64,000 nt of DNA from Mantamonas sphyraenae STR306 (Eukaryota > Protista > CRuMs): positions 124,001 to 188,000 of the forward strand of contig JAPMXV010000019.1 of assembly GCA_026936335.1 (NCBI GenBank), written 5' to 3'. Made by a program: the position numbers and the translations under genes. Positions 60,323 to 64,000 of this stretch are shown one piece after another (within the stretch, counting starts at the first letter, position 1; each line of letters begins with the position of its first letter). The notes under the pieces are model-generated. The model made no database searches and was not told where the DNA came from. It saw only the letters and a program-made list of their open reading frames with translations.

Positions 60323-60412
60323 AAAAGGGGATTTCTGCAATCAATCTTTTTCTTCCCCATGTGCGCTCTCTCGTCCTTTTTCCCCCCCCTCTCCCATTTG
60401 CCCGGCTCATCA

Positions 60413-61971
60413 TCATTTCTTGCCATCTTCCTCGTGCTCCACCAGGGCGGCCACCATGGCGTCCAGTTCCTTGCTCAGCTGGTCGATGGCGTCTTCGTAG
60501 TCGCTCAGCAGTCCGTCGTCTTGCATCCGCTGCAGAGCCGCACACGCCTTGTTGATCGATTGGTGTGCCTTCCACAGGGTCTTTGCCTCTCCAAAATCGC
60601 CTCCCTTCTCCTGCGCCTCCTCCACGTACACCTCACGCAGCAGGAACGCGTGCAGGTACCACGGTGCCTCCTTGGTGTCGTCCTGCTCCAGCAGCTGCTC
60701 CACAATCTGCAATGACTCTGTCACCACACCCAATTCAATCAACAACTGCACCGTCTGCAGGCGAAACTCGTAGCTTGGCCCGTCCCAATCGTCTTCGTTC
60801 GTGTCTGCCTCCGGGTCAAACCACACCCCGATGCTTTCCAGCAACACCTCGCGTGCTTCGTCCCACCGCTGCTGCGAGATTCGATAGCTTGCCAGCAGCT
60901 GCTGTGCCTCCACATTGTCCCTGTTCAGCTCCAGCGCCTGGTCCAGCAACGCCCCGCATTCCTCCTCTGCATTCTCCTCGTAGCAGCAGTCCGTCAGGTA
61001 CAGCTCTGCCGCACTGCACAGTGCCACGCTCATCTCTCGTCGCAGCTCTGCCGCCCGTTGGCCGCTTGTCTCGTCGTCCATCTCGCTCTCGCCGTCGTTC
61101 CCGTCCTCGTCTTGCCCGGACTCTTCCAGGTCCTTCAGTTCGGCCTCCATAATCTCGAATCCCTTGGCAAACGCCTCCACCGCGTCCATTCCCTGCAGCA
61201 GCTGTCCCAGGTTCATGTAATGACGAGCATTATGCTCGGGTTCCAGTTCCACACACCGCTCAAACACGTATCGGGAAATGCAGAAAACAACGCCGAGTCA
61301 AGGAGTGCACAACCCATGCTTTGAAGACCTCAAACGCATCCCACACTTTGCCACATGCAGCCCCACCCTCCCTCCATGCAATCACATGCATCATCGCATC
61401 GCCTCCACACTCGCATCAAGGATATCTCAAGCGCCTTTTCTGGCTCACCCAGCTCCAGGTACACTTGGCCGGCTCCTTCCAGAGCCTGCAGGTGGGTAGG
61501 TTCCGTGGACAGTGCCCCTTCGTACAGCACCAATGCGTCTTCCAGCTGGTACATGCCCAACAGGTCGTCTGCCGCGTCCACCATCTCCTGCAACGACTCG
61601 AAGCTCTCTTCCAGATGTTGAACATCCACATCGTCCAGAAACGACAGCGGCCGTGCCTTGAAATCGCTTGCGTCATCCTCACCAAATGCCGCTGCTGCTG
61701 CCGCTGACCGCGTCGGCGTGTGTTTCTTGCTGCGTCGAGAGGACGAGGACGAGGACGACTGGTTCAGGTCCACTTGCTCGTCGTCCTCCTCCTCGTCTGC
61801 AGGGTGGTCCACGTGTGGCGTGTGCACAATGGGCCCTGAAGTGTCTTCCTCGTCCTCGTCCGTTCCCGTGTCGTTGCTGTCCAGCGCATGTGCAACCTTG
61901 CTCCCCGTCGTTTTGAACTCCAGCGTGCGATCTTTTCGTCGTCGTCCGCTCATCGGTTTTTTCCGCTGCAT
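60413..61971 (-). CDS. ACL4: TPR protein, assembly chaperone of Rpl4 (Acl4)-like; 1 intron
   Basis: YMNLGQLLQGMDAVEAF.KG, ALCSAAELYLTDCCYEENAEEEC, LASYRISQQR and PSYEFR. Confidence 0.8.
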
Positions 61972-62075
61972 GCCCAAGCGTGTGCACACCCACATCCATC
62001 AAACCCGTCCACAAACAACAACAACAACAACAACCCTTCCATTGTACAACCCTTTACCCAATGCTGCTCACTTCT

Positions 62076-64000
62076 TCAACATTCTTCCTTCTCCCATTTG
62101 GCTTGCAGCAGCACGAAAAAGTCGGTTGGGTCTTCGTCCGCCCCGTCCACCACCAGCGTCATGCCCTTCAAGGACTTTTCCGAGTGCATCCTGTGCATGC
62201 CTCGTGTCGGCTGCACCACTTTGTCCAGCGATTCGATCTCCTTGGGAAACTGGGCCGCCACCTCGCTGAACTTTTTGTGCGTCAGGCGATACAGCACTGC
62301 CCCTTCCTCGCTGCTCACACGCACACGCCATACGCGCGGTGTGTTGGGCATCAGAAGCGCATACTCCCCAAAGAATGCACCGGGTTCCAGTTTGCGGAAC
62401 ACGCGGTCCGTTGTCTTGTTCACTTGGGCGCACTCGCCGTCCATCAGAAAGTACATCTCCGCACCAGGCTCCCCCTGCTCAATCACAATCTCGCCTTGCG
62501 CAAACTTGACCACGTCCAGCCGCTCCAGCATCGCCTTGCGGAACTCCACGCTCGTCTCTGTAAACAGACACGTGCTCTTCAGCAGCGTCTGGAACAGATC
62601 AATCGCCCCTTCCTTTGCCTTGCGCTTCGACATGTGTGCTCGCAAAGACGCCCAGTTGCTCGTTCGCCCTCCCTCCTTTGCCGTCACAATGTCTCGCAGT
62701 CGCTTCTTGGCTCGTTTCGCATTCTCCGACAATCCACTCGATGCCCTCGTTTCGCTGCTGCTTCCACCGCTGCCGCTGCTGCTGCCTCCACTGCTGTTGC
62801 CACTCTCCCCACCCTTTTGCTCGTCATCCATCACCTGATCCAACAGGTGGCGTGTCTCGTTCAGTCGTGCCACCTCCTCCTCACCCGTGCTGTTCTTGCG
62901 CGTGCGTCGTGGTTTCAACGGTTGCTTCAGGTGGCCATCATCGTCACCTTCGGGCGCCATGCAACTCTCCAGACGCGCTTCTGCCACAGCGGCGATCTTG
63001 GCCGTCTCTTCCGGAAAGTGTGTCAACACCTCGTCAAACTCTGTGCGTCCCAGACGAAAGCATGTCGACACGCTCATCGACTTTACACTCATGGTGCGAG
63101 CCGTCTCAAACAGCAGGGCGATCTCTCCAAAGAATGTCCCTGGCGGCAACACCGTCACCTCGTTGCCCTTTTCATCCACCACTGCCACTGTGCCCATCGT
63201 CAGGAAGTACATATCTTCCGCCTCCTCCCCTTGCCGGATGATGTACTCGTTCTCACCGTACACCACGGGCTCGAACATCTGCAGCAATGCCATCTTAAAG
63301 TCGTTGTTCGAGTCCGCCAGCGTCTGCAGCATGTCCGTCGCCGACTGCCTTCGACCCACCTCTGTCTCTGCATCCACCGTCAGTGACAACGAGCTTTGCA
63401 GCATATCTTCGTCTTCGTACTCATCCTCGTCCTCGTACTCCTCGCCCTCTTCGCCCTCTTCGCCCTCTTCACCCTCCTCGTCCTCGTACTCGTACTCATC
63501 GCCCTCCTCCCCTTCTTCATCCTCGTACTCGTCTCCCTCTTCGTACTCTTCTCCCTCCTCCTCTTCTTCGTCTTCGTCATCGTCGATGCGCCGCACCGCA
63601 AAAGGCTTCTGCTTCTGACGCACGTTTTGCGTGTCCACACGCAGCTCCGAGCTCAGATTGCGCTCCAGACCAGGTTTGCTGTTCAGTTCCTGATTGTTGT
63701 TCTCCGTTGCGTCGGTGCTCTCTTCGCCCGCCTTCTCCGTTGTCGACTCCTTGTGCATGGGTGCCCCGGCATGTTGCACCTCGTCCTCCGGATCGACGGG
63801 CAGCGTGATCTCCGGCATGTCCTTCAGGCCGATCTCCTCAGCCACGGCTTCGTCATCCATGTGCTGTTGCTTCTGCTCTGCCGTCGGCGTGGCCACAGGG
63901 GTGACTTCCGCAGCGCTCATCTCGCCCATCTCGGGCTGGTCCTCCTCCTCCTGCGCCACAGGGCCCTCCCTACGCTTGTCCTCGCGCAGGCGACTGCTGC
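62076..64000 (-). CDS. Protein with two cyclic-nucleotide-binding domains (5' end beyond window)
   Basis: IIRQGEEAEDMYFL...GTFFGEIALL...RT and IEQGEPGAEMYFL...GAFFGEYALL...PR. Confidence 0.85.
   Translation of the reverse strand, partial: SSRLREDKRREGPVAQEEEDQPEMGEMSAAEVTPVATPTAEQKQQHMDDEAVAEEIGLKDMPEITLPVDPEDEVQHAGAPMHKESTTEKAGEESTDATENNNQELNSKPGLERNLSSELRVDTQNVRQKQKPFAVRRIDDDEDEEEEEGEEYEEGDEYEDEEGEEGDEYEYEDEEGEEGEEGEEGEEYEDEDEYEDEDMLQSSLSLTVDAETEVGRRQSATDMLQTLADSNNDFKMALLQMFEPVVYGENEYIIRQGEEAEDMYFLTMGTVAVVDEKGNEVTVLPPGTFFGEIALLFETARTMSVKSMSVSTCFRLGRTEFDEVLTHFPEETAKIAAVAEARLESCMAPEGDDDGHLKQPLKPRRTRKNSTGEEEVARLNETRHLLDQVMDDEQKGGESGNSSGGSSSGSGGSSSETRASSGLSENAKRAKKRLRDIVTAKEGGRTSNWASLRAHMSKRKAKEGAIDLFQTLLKSTCLFTETSVEFRKAMLERLDVVKFAQGEIVIEQGEPGAEMYFLMDGECAQVNKTTDRVFRKLEPGAFFGEYALLMPNTPRVWRVRVSSEEGAVLYRLTHKKFSEVAAQFPKEIESLDKVVQPTRGMHRMHSEKSLKGMTLVVDGADEDPTDFFVLLQAKWEKEEC

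Overview
Gene-dense, GC-rich eukaryotic DNA with short GT-AG introns and many (CA)n/(TG)n microsatellites. It most likely comes from a flagellated unicellular protist, since it carries the axonemal genes DRC8/EFCAB2 and CFAP210. About 30 host genes are packed with very short spacers, often under 100 bp between divergent ATGs. They include EFCAB2, a MIT protein, ACBP-ankyrin, calpain, COQ10, a TRAPP subunit, an inositol phosphate kinase, a GT54-like transferase, pyruvate kinase, LRRC40, DAD1, RIB7, GCN5/PCAF, NSE4, WIP, ARPC2, OLE1, RPL6, SRP72, PPAN, a Clu/TPR protein, a DUSP, an SPFH protein, ACL4 and a cNMP-binding protein. The stand-out feature is a ~5.6 kb, apparently intronless minus-strand ORF (15219-~20838) between the GT54-like gene and pyruvate kinase. 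Its C-terminus carries all three RuvC motifs in the Fanzor/TnpB arrangement (GYDPG; HEPQTSK; HKDRSAAINI). Once a single 1-nt indel in a microsatellite is corrected it encodes ~1870 aa, with a very long unrecognised N-terminal region, a degenerate Zn finger, no neighbouring transposase, and hairpin-forming DNA on both flanks. It is a candidate giant, possibly domesticated Fanzor RNA-guided nuclease. Five single-base frameshifts in the window (four in host genes, one in the Fanzor-like ORF) suggest an imperfectly polished assembly. All identifications are by eye from motifs; no searches were run, and exon boundaries are approximate.
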